59,627 nucleotides of DNA from a virus (Duplodnaviria > Caudoviricetes): the IMG/VR virus record IMGVR_UViG_3300011116_000422, positions 1 to 59,627 of that record. One strand, 5' to 3'. Under the pieces are notes generated by a model. It was not told the DNA's origin and searched no databases. It saw only the letters and a list, made by a program, of their open reading frames with translations. Shown piece after piece: positions 1 through 9,064 of this stretch. Made by a program: the position numbers and the translations under genes. Position 1 is the stretch's first letter; each line of letters begins with the position of its first letter.

Positions 1-274
1 CCGCGATGAGGTCAAATACTCTTGAGCGCTTTGTGCCGGAGCGGGGTAAAGCGCCCTTAGCGGCATCCCTAGAAGTCCTTGGACTGTTCTTACCTAGTCG
101 AACTACATTCGCTTCTACGGGCCTCCTAGCGGCCTTATTTGCGATACAACAAGGGCAGTGAATTATTTCGGGCTTTGGGGAGAAGTCCAGTGTTTCTTGA
201 ACCATTTTTCCTCCTTCGTGGTGTGGAGTGGGGCTCGGAGTTACCCGAGCCCCAACTTATCAAATCAGTAGCGC
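1..274 (+). repeat. Terminal direct repeat, left copy
   Basis: Matches 59354-59627 with 5 substitutions (positions 29, 113, 223, 240, 254); indicates a circularly complete or terminally redundant genome. Confidence 0.97.
229..253. terminator. GC-rich hairpin directly after the DUF932 gene
   Basis: GGGGCTCGG-N6-CCGAGCCCC inverted repeat; no clear U-tract. Confidence 0.45.
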
Positions 275-1243
275 GAGCGCCTTATCCTTCAGCAAATTGT
301 TTGTGCCTTCAATGATGCGCTGTCCTCGACGTTGCGCTTCATCTTTACCGCGGATTACTGAAATCCAATCGGCATATTCCACAACCGCGTTATATCCGGC
401 CCATGCAGTTCCGCGAATGTTGTCCTGTGTAGGTGCATCCCACAACTTTACAATTTCGTCAAACTTGTTGTTCCAGATTTCAAATGTTCGCTTGTTCAAA
501 TCATTATCTTCAGGTGCTACTGGGAGAACCTGTCGAACATAATTAACAAACTCGCTCTTACTCATTTCAGTATCAATCAAGCGATTAGCAAGAACGTTAA
601 ATTCATCCTTGTATTTCAATGTCATGCCAAGAGCGGCCTTTGCTTCTTCGACCTTACCTTGAGCATTCTTTGTGTGGCGAACCTTGTAAGTTGAGACCGC
701 CTTATCAAGCGCGAACTTAACTGTGTTAGCGCAGACCGGGCGAACCGGAGTTACTGCCGCTGTTAGTGGTGAAGTTCCATCATGTGAGTTCACAATCATC
801 AAATAAAGATTAACGATGTCGCGACCTCCGGCTAGTTGCACCGCTTCTGGCATTTGCATAGAAAGGAAAGTGCGGCGACCACCATCTAGTGACCCAGCAG
901 TTTCAAATCCGAATCCGCCTTCGAATGCGATGTTGTCGCAGAATGAGAAAGCGTCGATATTTTGGACGGGCTCGTAGTAATTACCAACGACGCCAAGAGT
1001 TCCGAATCCGAGTTCTTTGTGAACGCGGCCTGTTGCAAACTTATCTTCAATCTGAAGTGGAATGCCATCAGGTCCGGTTGTAAAAATCGGATACTTGTCA
1101 ACGGTCCAATCTAGTTTTGCGATTTCTAGCGCTTCTTGAGCATTCTTTGCATCTTCGCAAATAGTTCCCAGTGAGTGCCATGCGGGTTGGCGATATGAAT
1201 AAAACGCACCAACGCCATTTACGATTTCGATATCATGTGCCAT
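260..1243 (-). CDS. DUF932 / phage-plasmid LGT_TIGR03299 family protein
   Basis: PAWHSLG, Y.PVQN..AF, ETAGSL.GGRR.F, NSHDGT, TPVRPVCANT and RGTAW..YNAV.EY motifs. Confidence 0.9.
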   Translation of the reverse strand: MAHDIEIVNGVGAFYSYRQPAWHSLGTICEDAKNAQEALEIAKLDWTVDKYPIFTTGPDGIPLQIEDKFATGRVHKELGFGTLGVVGNYYEPVQNIDAFSFCDNIAFEGGFGFETAGSLDGGRRTFLSMQMPEAVQLAGGRDIVNLYLMIVNSHDGTSPLTAAVTPVRPVCANTVKFALDKAVSTYKVRHTKNAQGKVEEAKAALGMTLKYKDEFNVLANRLIDTEMSKSEFVNYVRQVLPVAPEDNDLNKRTFEIWNNKFDEIVKLWDAPTQDNIRGTAWAGYNAVVEYADWISVIRGKDEAQRRGQRIIEGTNNLLKDKALALLI

Positions 1244-1279
1244 ATTTATTTCTCCTTCGTGGTTGATTTACTTAACTGA

Positions 1280-1309
1280 ACAGTAAACCCAAGTTAGGTT
1301 TACTGTCAA
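1280..1309 (-). promoter_or_regulatory. Sigma70/SigA-type early promoter with degenerate palindrome
   Basis: Minus strand CAAATGAAC-TTGACA-N18-TACTGT upstream of DUF932. Confidence 0.7.
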
Positions 1310-1319
1310 GTTCATTTGA

Positions 1320-1691
1320 TTAGCATGTCTGACTTTGGCCCTTTGGCTTACCGTCCCATAAGAAGGCCGCCGCGTAAGAGTTCAAACTCACGCCGTATCC
1401 TGAATATGAGGACTGCTGGATTTTGTGACGCCTTACTGGATAAACGTTTGTGGTGTATCCCGGCGCATCCCAGTTCTTGACCTCATAGGTTGAGGAATCT
1501 GTTGGGACGACATTCTGGTGAGCCCACCCGGTCACTTCGACCACCTTAGAGCCAACCTTTTGAATCCACACTGAGAATTCGCTGGTCTTTACGACCTTGA
1601 AGAACTCGATGTTTGTCTGGTCATAACCCCATGAGGAGTAAAGGATGTCTCCAACCTTTGGAATTACTTTTTCAATTGTTGCTGTTGTCAT
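1320..1691 (-). CDS. Hypothetical phage protein (VGDILYSSWGYDQTN motif)
   Basis: ORF; ATG at 1691 follows an AGGGGG RBS. Confidence 0.8.
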   Translation of the reverse strand: MTTATIEKVIPKVGDILYSSWGYDQTNIEFFKVVKTSEFSVWIQKVGSKVVEVTGWAHQNVVPTDSSTYEVKNWDAPGYTTNVYPVRRHKIQQSSYSGYGVSLNSYAAAFLWDGKPKGQSQTC

Positions 1692-1693
1692 TT

Positions 1694-1897
1694 CTAAGCC
1701 CCCCTTTGCTTCTCGAAGAAAATATCTGAAGCGAATCTGTAAGCATCCGCCCAAGCATTCTCTTTTTTATTTGTAAAGCGCTTCTTGACTTTGCCATCTA
1801 CTTTGACGACTGCGTATCCGGCGATGTCTTCGTAAAGGACCACGCCATAACCAAAGTCTTGAATCTCAAATCCTTTTGCGTCGATTACTTTTGTCAT
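1694..1897 (-). CDS. Hypothetical protein
   Basis: ORF with GGAGG RBS in a tightly packed operon. Confidence 0.75.
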   Translation of the reverse strand: MTKVIDAKGFEIQDFGYGVVLYEDIAGYAVVKVDGKVKKRFTNKKENAWADAYRFASDIFFEKQRGA

Positions 1898-1909
1898 TTG
1901 ATTTCCTCC

Positions 1910-2317
1910 CTAGTCCAAGCGGCTCGCGCCATAAGCGCTGATTCCGTATTTGTTAAGCACTTCAGCGAACGCTCCGGCAAACGCCGCCTTGCGGTCCACG
2001 CTCTGTCCGAATTCTCGAACCCAGATTTCGTATCCGCCGTAGTAACCCTTGCTACCGATTCCTTGAACCTTCAACCAGTTCACAAACGCACCTCGCGCTG
2101 GAGAAATGTTGACCCAAGCGAACCCGCACAATCCCTCAAGAATGTAAGTCTTCTTGCTGAAATCAATTGCGTCGCTAAGACCAATTGCAGAACCGACTAC
2201 AAACTTTGGAACGCCAACTTCTTTTCCGGCAATTAATCCGGCTTCATAGGCTTCGGCATAAATCGCCTTGCACTGAGACTTTGTAAGTGCCTTCTTCTTT
2301 TCAATTACTTGAGTCAT
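1910..2317 (-). CDS. Hypothetical phage protein (CGFAWVNI motif)
   Basis: ORF with GGAGG RBS. Confidence 0.8.
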   Translation of the reverse strand: MTQVIEKKKALTKSQCKAIYAEAYEAGLIAGKEVGVPKFVVGSAIGLSDAIDFSKKTYILEGLCGFAWVNISPARGAFVNWLKVQGIGSKGYYGGYEIWVREFGQSVDRKAAFAGAFAEVLNKYGISAYGASRLD

Positions 2318-2476
2318 TTACTTAACCTCCACCTTCACGATGATTTGTTGGATTCTGAATTTCTTACCGCCAAACACGCCTTGAATCTGAGCAAAGTCCT
2401 GAGCCTGTTGCTTGCTTTCGAATTGATACTTCTGACGCTGGCCCTTGAACTCGACCTCGTAGATTTTCTTGAACAT
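2318..2476 (-). CDS. 52-aa hypothetical protein (MFKKIYEVEF...), not in ORF track
   Basis: Read by hand; GGAGG RBS; abuts the next gene (TAA-ATG). Confidence 0.7.
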   Translation of the reverse strand: MFKKIYEVEFKGQRQKYQFESKQQAQDFAQIQGVFGGKKFRIQQIIVKVEVK

Positions 2477-2517
2477 CTTGAACCTCCGCTCTAGGAACTC
2501 CCTGTCCCTACGGCTCT

Positions 2518-2547
2518 AGTATAAACCCGGGTTTAGTATCATGTCAA
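2518..2547 (-). promoter_or_regulatory. Early promoter with palindromic operator
   Basis: TTGACA-N18-TATACT; perfect palindrome TAAACCCGGGTTTA at 2522-2535. Confidence 0.85.
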
Positions 2548-2578
2548 ACTCATTTGAATAAGAGTTGAGCGTAAAGGG

Positions 2579-2594
2579 TGTGATTTAGGTCACA
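2579..2594. promoter_or_regulatory. CRP/GlxR-type binding site
   Basis: TGTGA-tttagg-TCACA, perfect consensus, upstream of a promoter. Confidence 0.6.
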
Positions 2595-2801
2595 TGTCTG
2601 AGCGTGGGTTTGAACTACCCAATCCGGTGATAGCCCCTGAGCCTAATTCGCTCCTGCACCAGCCATCCAGCCTCGGGCAATTGATTCCGTTGCACCAATC
2701 GCGCATGACCTTTTGCAAATTCGTCGTCAGTTGCGTTCTCTATGAAATCGTGAATATCTTTAAATTCTCTTTTCTTGATTTTCACTTTTCTCTTTTTTGA
2801 T

Positions 2802-3446
2802 TTAGGCATGAATGACTTCCGCTTCTCCTCGACCGTTAAACACTGCAATTATGTCGCTCTTGTTTATTTGCTTAGAGAGAACAATTCCGCCATTGCTAAA
2901 TCGATTAGCAAAGAATTCTGCTTTATCGCGGTTTAGTGTCCATGACATTCCATCTTCATTTATTCCGTTTAAGCAACCTCGATAGATTTCAACTGTCTCC
3001 GGAAGATTCTGAAGTGTGAAGCGCTCATCTGCATCCATTAAGTTTTCGCGGCCCGGGCGCTTTGACCAAAAGAGCGCTCGCCATGTTGGAAGGTTCTGCC
3101 ATCCGTTTTCTGTATCGGTCCACACTGATGCAAGTAGCGACCAGTATTTGGCATCTGACAATTCCTTAGTTATTTGAACAAACGCTTCTAAGCGATAAGG
3201 ACGTTCATGCAAGAAAATAATTTGACTGTATTTTTTTTCTGCAATCGCCTTTTCCAAATCCGCTTTCTTTTGCTCATACATGTAATTTGCATGAGCCTTT
3301 GTCCATAGTGGCACTGCGTAAACAAGCGGGTGACGCAATTGCAGACCCAGAATGCCATCTTCAAGATACGGCTGGAGGTCCGGGTGAAGTTCAACGTTCG
3401 ATTCATTAATCAATTGAGCAAATAGTTCTTCAGTTGTTTTCGCCAT
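2802..3446 (-). CDS. Putative ADP-ribosyltransferase-fold protein
   Basis: C-terminal IYRG ... GMSWT ... GEAEVI resembles the R-S-E ART triad. Confidence 0.5.
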   Translation of the reverse strand: MAKTTEELFAQLINESNVELHPDLQPYLEDGILGLQLRHPLVYAVPLWTKAHANYMYEQKKADLEKAIAEKKYSQIIFLHERPYRLEAFVQITKELSDAKYWSLLASVWTDTENGWQNLPTWRALFWSKRPGRENLMDADERFTLQNLPETVEIYRGCLNGINEDGMSWTLNRDKAEFFANRFSNGGIVLSKQINKSDIIAVFNGRGEAEVIHA

Positions 3447-3523
3447 TGTTTTTCCCCTTCTTAACGGTTACGCGTGTTAGCACAAATCGATTGAATCGGT
3501 AGTAAATGTAAAAATTCATTTGC

Positions 3524-3682
3524 TTACCCCTTTCGATTCTTTAGAACTACCTTTGCCGCTTCTAGTCGAATTAAATCTTCGGCTGTGTTAAGCGCTGGCA
3601 ACATCTTGAGAGCCTTGACCATATTTTTTAAGGCCCATGTCGGTTGGTTTCCAACTATTTGCTTTGCTTCGATTAGATTCAT
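3524..3682 (-). CDS. 52-aa hypothetical protein ([21 protein letters not shown]...)
   Basis: Read by hand; ATGA overlap with the upstream gene. Confidence 0.7.
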   Translation of the reverse strand: MNLIEAKQIVGNQPTWALKNMVKALKMLPALNTAEDLIRLEAAKVVLKNRKG

Positions 3683-4047
3683 GCCGCCACGATTCCTTTC
3701 TTTGTCTGCTCGATAGTTCTGTTGTGCTTTAGGAAGACACTCTTTAAAACGTCATCCTGACCAACAATCCACTTACCAATATCGCTTAGGCTGAATTCTC
3801 TCTTGTCGAATTTTTCTCCAGCCTTGCCATTTTTTAGAATGCTGACGTAACTAACTTTTAGAATTGGCTCTGGGACAAATTCTGAATCCCAAACTGTGTC
3901 GATTGAAACCCAATTCAAGTAATACTCCTTATCGAAGATACTAACCTTGGTTGGTTTTTCCTCGGTATCAAAACTTAGCCATGTAGATGCTTCGTTGTGA
4001 ACTGTTGTAACTGTCTTGCCTTTTGTTGTGATTTCAAAAGCAGTCAT
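3679..4047 (-). CDS. Hypothetical protein
   Basis: ORF translationally coupled to its neighbours. Confidence 0.75.
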   Translation of the reverse strand: MTAFEITTKGKTVTTVHNEASTWLSFDTEEKPTKVSIFDKEYYLNWVSIDTVWDSEFVPEPILKVSYVSILKNGKAGEKFDKREFSLSDIGKWIVGQDDVLKSVFLKHNRTIEQTKKGIVAA

Positions 4048-4397
4048 TACGCCACCTCTTTTCTTTCTACTGAGAAAATTGTGTCTTCGATTTTTTTGAT
4101 TTCAACATTTTCAATCTTTTCGAATCCAGAGTTAGCGCAGATGTAAACCTGACCATCGATTTCGATTTCATCGCCTACTGAAAGCGCTGTGTGAGTGCGA
4201 GTTGCAGATAACTTTGGCTCAATCACTTTCCAAAGATTTCCTTGATAAGTGTTTGTCTGTGCATAAACAACGTTGAAGAATTGGTCTCGGTTTTCATCGT
4301 TGATTACAAATTCAGTTTCGAATTCAACTGAACTAATAAAGCGACCTCGCTTTGGCTTATTGCCAAATGCTTTCCAAGTGATTTTCACTTTTGACAT
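4047..4397 (-). CDS. Hypothetical protein
   Basis: ORF with AACCACGAAGGAG leader; SLSVGD-like motif (ALSVGDEI). Confidence 0.8.
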   Translation of the reverse strand: MSKVKITWKAFGNKPKRGRFISSVEFETEFVINDENRDQFFNVVYAQTNTYQGNLWKVIEPKLSATRTHTALSVGDEIEIDGQVYICANSGFEKIENVEIKKIEDTIFSVERKEVA

Positions 4398-4442
4398 TTA
4401 CTGCCTCCTTCGTGGTTTTTGCCTATCCGGCCTTACGCTCTT

Positions 4443-4472
4443 ATTGTAAACCCGGGTTTAGTCAATTGTCAA
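4443..4472 (-). promoter_or_regulatory. Early promoter with palindromic operator
   Basis: TTGACA-N18-TACAAT; TAAACCCGGGTTTA at 4447-4460. Confidence 0.85.
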
Positions 4473-4591
4473 ATTCATTTAAACAAGAGTCGTGAATATC
4501 TTTCCATCCGTGTCGAGCGTCGTAGTCAATTACCCAGATGAGGAGGGCAAATATGCCTGTTGCGAGCCCTAGGAGGCCAATAGCGGTCATT

Positions 4592-4780
4592 TTAGCGGCC
4601 CTCCCTTATGACGTTATCAATCATGTCCATGCAGGACCCATAGCCCAGCGTCGTCCCCGGCTCATTGAGCCCGACATAGCAGACGTCCCGGGTCGAATAG
4701 GTGAATAGTGCTGTGAGCAAGAAGACCAAGACTGCAAATACGGCCCTCCGGCGATAAACGTATTTCTTATCCATTTTCAT
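4592..4780 (-). CDS. Small single-TM membrane protein
   Basis: YRRRAVF followed by a hydrophobic helix. Confidence 0.7.
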   Translation of the reverse strand: MKMDKKYVYRRRAVFAVLVFLLTALFTYSTRDVCYVGLNEPGTTLGYGSCMDMIDNVIREGR

Positions 4781-4929
4781 TTGTCAGCCTCCCATACATG
4801 ATTTGCCATCCATAACGGACCTAATTTTTCTTCGGCTTTATTTTGTGCTTCAAACTCATCTTCGGCATAAACGCGAATTGTTTTTGATGTTTCTAATAAA
4901 ACGTTGAACCATTTTTTCTTACTTGCCAT
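4777..4929 (-). CDS. 50-aa hypothetical protein (MASKKKWFNV...)
   Basis: Read by hand; coupled at both ends. Confidence 0.65.
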   Translation of the reverse strand: MASKKKWFNVLLETSKTIRVYAEDEFEAQNKAEEKLGPLWMANHVWEADK

Positions 4930-5117
4930 TACTTTGCCTCCTCAACTGTCCATTTACGTTTTACTGCATAAACCTCTAAACACTTTGGTGAGCAGAACCC
5001 AACACCATCTCGATAACTTGAATCAACGAAGTTATACCAAGCCCGGTCCGGATACATTGGAAATGCTTCTCTGCATTCTGTGCAGATGATTTTCATAAAC
5101 CCAGTTTTAGTTGGCAT
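4929..5117 (-). CDS. Small Zn-finger protein
   Basis: CxxC ... FCSxxC. Confidence 0.7.
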   Translation of the reverse strand: MPTKTGFMKIICTECREAFPMYPDRAWYNFVDSSYRDGVGFCSPKCLEVYAVKRKWTVEEAK

Positions 5118-5326
5118 TATTGAACCTCCCTTTCAAAGTGGCATGGACATAAGCAACAAGTTGCTTTTGTGAATTCGAAATCAAATTTTGTAATGAGTTT
5201 TTGTGGAGATAGAGAACAAGTTATATGTGAGTTGTAACCGCATGAATCAGAAATGCGGCGCTGAGGTGTAAAACCTTTGTATGTATAGGTTTTACCCGTA
5301 ATTGGATTTGTTAGGCCTTGAGTCAT
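5117..5326 (-). CDS. Small Cys-rich protein
   Basis: C...H..C...CxCPCH; AACCACGAAGGAG leader. Confidence 0.7.
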   Translation of the reverse strand: MTQGLTNPITGKTYTYKGFTPQRRISDSCGYNSHITCSLSPQKLITKFDFEFTKATCCLCPCHFEREVQ

Positions 5327-5385
5327 TTGATGCCTCCTTCGTGGTTGGTATTTACTAACTCGGGTTTAGTGTATTGCTTATTTGA

Positions 5386-5607
5386 TTAAGTTGTCAAATA
5401 TGTGTAAGTCAGCGAGTTGTCCTGATTTAGTTCAACCTCGAAATCGACCTCACCATTTCTGCCTATCTCAATCTTGTAAGTGACTTTTCCGTGGTCGGAC
5501 CAAGGGTTCACACTGAGAACCTCAAGGTCGCCTTTAGCGTTCCGGTTATCAACTACATGACCGACCTGAACCTTGTCAGCCGGGACCACTATCTTTGTTA
5601 GTGCCAT
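5386..5607 (-). CDS. Hypothetical protein
   Basis: ORF in operon. Confidence 0.7.
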   Translation of the reverse strand: MALTKIVVPADKVQVGHVVDNRNAKGDLEVLSVNPWSDHGKVTYKIEIGRNGEVDFEVELNQDNSLTYTYLTT

Positions 5608-6000
5608 TTATGCCGCCGCCTTTCCGTGGATTTCTGCGTTTGTCTTTCCCTTGATAAGCAACTGAGTAACAATTAATGAATCAGTGGCTTCTTCGATTGC
5701 GAGCGCGTGATACTTCTGGATGTCTTTGAAGTTGTAGCGCTCCACCTTGACCGCTTGAATTGTTTCGTTATAGTCGTCTTCTGGACGCTTTTCTCCGAAC
5801 CCGATATTCAATTGGCTAATCTCTGTTACATACTGTCCATGAAACTCAAGACGAGATTCGCGAACTGTTGAAACGTAACTTTTACGGCTTGCGTAATAAG
5901 TCGTGCTCACTGAGACCCGATAAGTCCCGGTTGTGTATTTAGTTGTGATTTTGCGGTCTTCTTTGTTAACTGTGGTTGTTTCTACGATTTGATTTGTCAT
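5608..6000 (-). CDS. Hypothetical protein
   Basis: ORF; start MTNQ at 6000 gives an ATGA overlap. Confidence 0.7.
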   Translation of the reverse strand: MTNQIVETTTVNKEDRKITTKYTTGTYRVSVSTTYYASRKSYVSTVRESRLEFHGQYVTEISQLNIGFGEKRPEDDYNETIQAVKVERYNFKDIQKYHALAIEEATDSLIVTQLLIKGKTNAEIHGKAAA

Positions 6001-6344
6001 TTTGTAACCTTCTTTCCGAATTCGTAGGAGCGGAAGCAAGATGCTTGATAAACAACTTCGCCGATTTCTTCTGCATAGATTCCTTCTAGTGTGCCTTTGT
6101 TGATGTATTCACCCTTGCGCTTGAACTGACGTGTGACTGTGTATGTGTCGTCCCAAGCCAAGTAGATTTCAACGCTGTATCCATTTGAAACTGGAAGTGT
6201 GACTGTTCGTGCCGCTTTGTTATCGTCAGTGCGCCATATTTGAACACGGCCTCCTGAGATAGCGAAGATATTCATGCGACCAATTTGAGCAAGTAGTTGG
6301 TCCTCATCAAAAGGACGATACTTTTCGTAAGTTTGTTCTGACAT
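5997..6344 (-). CDS. Hypothetical phage protein
   Basis: ORF with RBS; ISGGR...DDTYTV motif. Confidence 0.75.
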   Translation of the reverse strand: MSEQTYEKYRPFDEDQLLAQIGRMNIFAISGGRVQIWRTDDNKAARTVTLPVSNGYSVEIYLAWDDTYTVTRQFKRKGEYINKGTLEGIYAEEIGEVVYQASCFRSYEFGKKVTK

Positions 6345-6354
6345 TATTTCCCCC

Positions 6355-6543
6355 TTAGCCTTTGTATGGTTCGTTTGCTAAACGGCCTGCAACTTCAACT
6401 TGGCGGCGAGCCGCTTCAACTGCCTTTTTCTTTGTGTATCCGTAGTAAGTAAATTCGCTTTCTACTCCGTCAACAAAAGCGTTTACTTGGAAACCTTTTC
6501 CGTAAGGTGCAATGCTTTTGACTTTGAATTCAACAACTTTCAT
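6355..6543 (-). CDS. Hypothetical protein
   Basis: AAGGAGG RBS. Confidence 0.7.
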   Translation of the reverse strand: MKVVEFKVKSIAPYGKGFQVNAFVDGVESEFTYYGYTKKKAVEAARRQVEVAGRLANEPYKG

Positions 6544-6553
6544 TTTTTCCTCC

Positions 6554-6865
6554 TTATTTCTTGATTCGGACTTGGGAAACTTTTAAACCTTTTTCTTTTG
6601 CATACCTGCGCTTTGCTTCAGCGACCGCAGAACGCTTTTGCTTAGATTCAGCAGTTAAGATTAAGAACGCAACTACGTTTGCCCAACCTTGTGCGTCTTC
6701 TGCTGTTTCGGAAGCGTAAGTCGCTAACCATTCAGCGGCGCTGTGTAAATCACCAACAGATGGAGTTTGTGGAATCACAATTCCTTCGTGAAGAAATCTG
6801 TCAACTGATTCGTAATCAGAACTGATTCTGTTGCCCCATTCGAAACCTTTGTAGTCAAGTGCCAT
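6554..6865 (-). CDS. Hypothetical protein
   Basis: GGAGG RBS. Confidence 0.75.
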   Translation of the reverse strand: MALDYKGFEWGNRISSDYESVDRFLHEGIVIPQTPSVGDLHSAAEWLATYASETAEDAQGWANVVAFLILTAESKQKRSAVAEAKRRYAKEKGLKVSQVRIKK

Positions 6866-7018
6866 TTAAGCGACCTCCTTCAATCCGAAGTAATCTTGAA
6901 CGAATTGCTGTGCCTGCTTCTTTCCCTTTTCGTCGTAGAACTTGATAATCCATTCTTGGCCTTTGTAAACGACCCAGACTCCAACGCCTTCTTCGACGAT
7001 TCTGATTTCCTTTTTCAT
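6866..7018 (-). CDS. 50-aa hypothetical protein (MKKEIRIVEE...)
   Basis: Read by hand; first gene after a promoter; abuts the next gene. Confidence 0.65.
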   Translation of the reverse strand: MKKEIRIVEEGVGVWVVYKGQEWIIKFYDEKGKKQAQQFVQDYFGLKEVA

Positions 7019-7043
7019 TTCCGACCCCTTTCCCTACACCATT

Positions 7044-7073
7044 ATTATAAACCCGGGTTTAGTGTTAGGTCAA
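7044..7073 (-). promoter_or_regulatory. Early promoter with palindromic operator
   Basis: TTGACC-N18-TATAAT; TAAACCCGGGTTTA at 7048-7061. Confidence 0.85.
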
Positions 7074-7115
7074 GTTCATTTGAATAAGAATCTAGGATTA
7101 TTTACGCTCAGGTGG

Positions 7116-7131
7116 TGTGATATGGCTCACA
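7116..7131. promoter_or_regulatory. CRP/GlxR-type binding site
   Basis: TGTGA-tatggc-TCACA, perfect consensus. Confidence 0.6.
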
Positions 7132-7200
7132 AAAAGGAGATAGGGGCCACTTCTTCCCCAAAAGTGACCCCTGCCTGCCCCTCGGAGAAAGGAAAGGTTC

Positions 7201-7386
7201 TTACTCCGTAAGTTCATCGCGCTTGGCGATAGCGAGGACGATACACATGTGCCTTTTTTTGGTCAAGGCTTTTAGATGATTTGTTGCAATTTTTTTATTT
7301 GGTGCTGATAGGAATTGTTCTCGCCATACTCCGCTGGCATCTGTTCCCAATGCACACCATTCTTGAAGTTCTATTAATGTTCCCAT
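7201..7386 (-). CDS. Hypothetical protein
   Basis: AACCACGAAAGGAG leader. Confidence 0.65.
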   Translation of the reverse strand: MGTLIELQEWCALGTDASGVWREQFLSAPNKKIATNHLKALTKKRHMCIVLAIAKRDELTE

Positions 7387-7450
7387 GTTGCTCCTTTCGT
7401 GGTTAACGAAAGATTAACTGCGGTTATGCAATGTTTCAATTACCGACACG

Positions 7451-9064
7451 CTAAATGTTTGAAGCGAGTCCGCCCCAACTATTCGGTTGAGTAAGAGATA
7501 TCGGTGAAGCCATATCAAACGAAGTTGAACCCGGAGGATTATAAAGACATAGCAAAATTGCTTCGGCTCTATCCGGTGAAGGAATTCCTCGACGACGCAT
7601 ATCTGCTTTTGATTCGATTTTAATTCTGCCGGATGAATCGCTGGCATAAGTTGGCCCGGTCATTTGAGCCGCGCATCTGTGGTCAATATCTAATCGGACA
7701 TCTTGCATACCTTCGGTCTTAGGTTGCAAAAGATTTCTTGCATTCCACCACATTTCGGCTCTTTGATTTGAAAAACGATTTGAGTCTCTGGCCCGCTCTG
7801 CAACATTGACCGCAACAATCTTAGAATTGTGACGCTGTTCACTTCCCCATGTTTTAAGAACTGATGCAACTCCCCAGCCAACACCAATCGAGTCAATCTT
7901 TACGCGAACAGGTTCAGGGATTTGTCTTTCTTTGTGAACTTTCTCTGCCGCGAGTATCTGAGTAAGAATAACTCCGGCTACATCGACTGCATTTGCATTT
8001 GCCTTACCGCTTGATTTATGTCGGATAGTGCAGGCCATGCCATCTGCCCATGCGATAACAAATTCATCTCCGCCATCTGCCGCAATATCAACTCCAAGTT
8101 GAATTGGTCCCGGGTCAACTACTTGCTCTGCGCTCGCTTCAATCCATGAAAGAGGAATTACTTTATTAGCAACCACTGACGGAAATCTTGCGTGAACACG
8201 GGCTTCAACAAATGCTGAATCTTCACCATATTCGCGAACTACATCGTTTACCCAATCCTCATCGACTAAGTGAGTAGCGACCGGATGCGGTGGAATGTTA
8301 GCCGGGCATGATTTACATGTTCCCGCGTCTTCTCCTGTGAAATTTGGTGTGTCATAAGCGCCAATCGGGATGACGTTGTATAAATCAGATGAACAAGCGC
8401 GTTCGAACCATGAGCCTTCTTGGTCTGTCGGTGGGTTGCCCAATACTAAGAGGCGAGTGTGTCCACCTGTCATAAGTGATTCAAGAGCGGTGCCAAGAGT
8501 CTGTGAGATACCTCCGGCCTCATCAACAACAACTAGCAAGTGAGGTGCGTGAACACCTTGAACCGCTGTCTCATCGTGATTACCTGCCGAGAATCCGTAA
8601 GCAACCATTTCGTTGCCAATCTTCCATTCAACTGTGAAGACTTCGCCGGGAAGTTTATGACGTGCCGCAACTCTGCGAACGTGAGGCCATAGAACGTTTC
8701 TAACCTGTCGATAAGTAGTCGCTGTTGTTACGACTTGAGCAGTGCCGACCGGATGAACTGAAACCCACCATGCAATCGCTCGAGCCGCAATGTGTGATTT
8801 ACCCGGTGCGTGGCAGGCGGGAACGATAGTTCTTTTATTATCGCGAACTGATTCCAGAATTTCTCTCTGCTTGGACCATACGGTTTCTTCCAATGCGCCG
8901 CGAACAAATCCAACTGGGTCGTCTTGCCATTTGCCATATTTGTTATCGACCTTCTCATCAATGAAAGTTGATAAGAGTTGACGTTCTTCTAATTCAAGTG
9001 ACTTGAGTATTCGGATTCTTTCAGGCGCTGGCAGTGTCAGGAACTTCTGAATCGATTGACTCAT
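7451..9064 (-). CDS. terL: Terminase large subunit
   Basis: ACHAPGKS Walker A variant, VVVDEA Walker B, LGNP motif III, GVDIA and SPDRAEA nuclease motifs. Confidence 0.95.
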   Translation of the reverse strand: MSQSIQKFLTLPAPERIRILKSLELEERQLLSTFIDEKVDNKYGKWQDDPVGFVRGALEETVWSKQREILESVRDNKRTIVPACHAPGKSHIAARAIAWWVSVHPVGTAQVVTTATTYRQVRNVLWPHVRRVAARHKLPGEVFTVEWKIGNEMVAYGFSAGNHDETAVQGVHAPHLLVVVDEAGGISQTLGTALESLMTGGHTRLLVLGNPPTDQEGSWFERACSSDLYNVIPIGAYDTPNFTGEDAGTCKSCPANIPPHPVATHLVDEDWVNDVVREYGEDSAFVEARVHARFPSVVANKVIPLSWIEASAEQVVDPGPIQLGVDIAADGGDEFVIAWADGMACTIRHKSSGKANANAVDVAGVILTQILAAEKVHKERQIPEPVRVKIDSIGVGWGVASVLKTWGSEQRHNSKIVAVNVAERARDSNRFSNQRAEMWWNARNLLQPKTEGMQDVRLDIDHRCAAQMTGPTYASDSSGRIKIESKADMRRRGIPSPDRAEAILLCLYNPPGSTSFDMASPISLTQPNSWGGLASNI

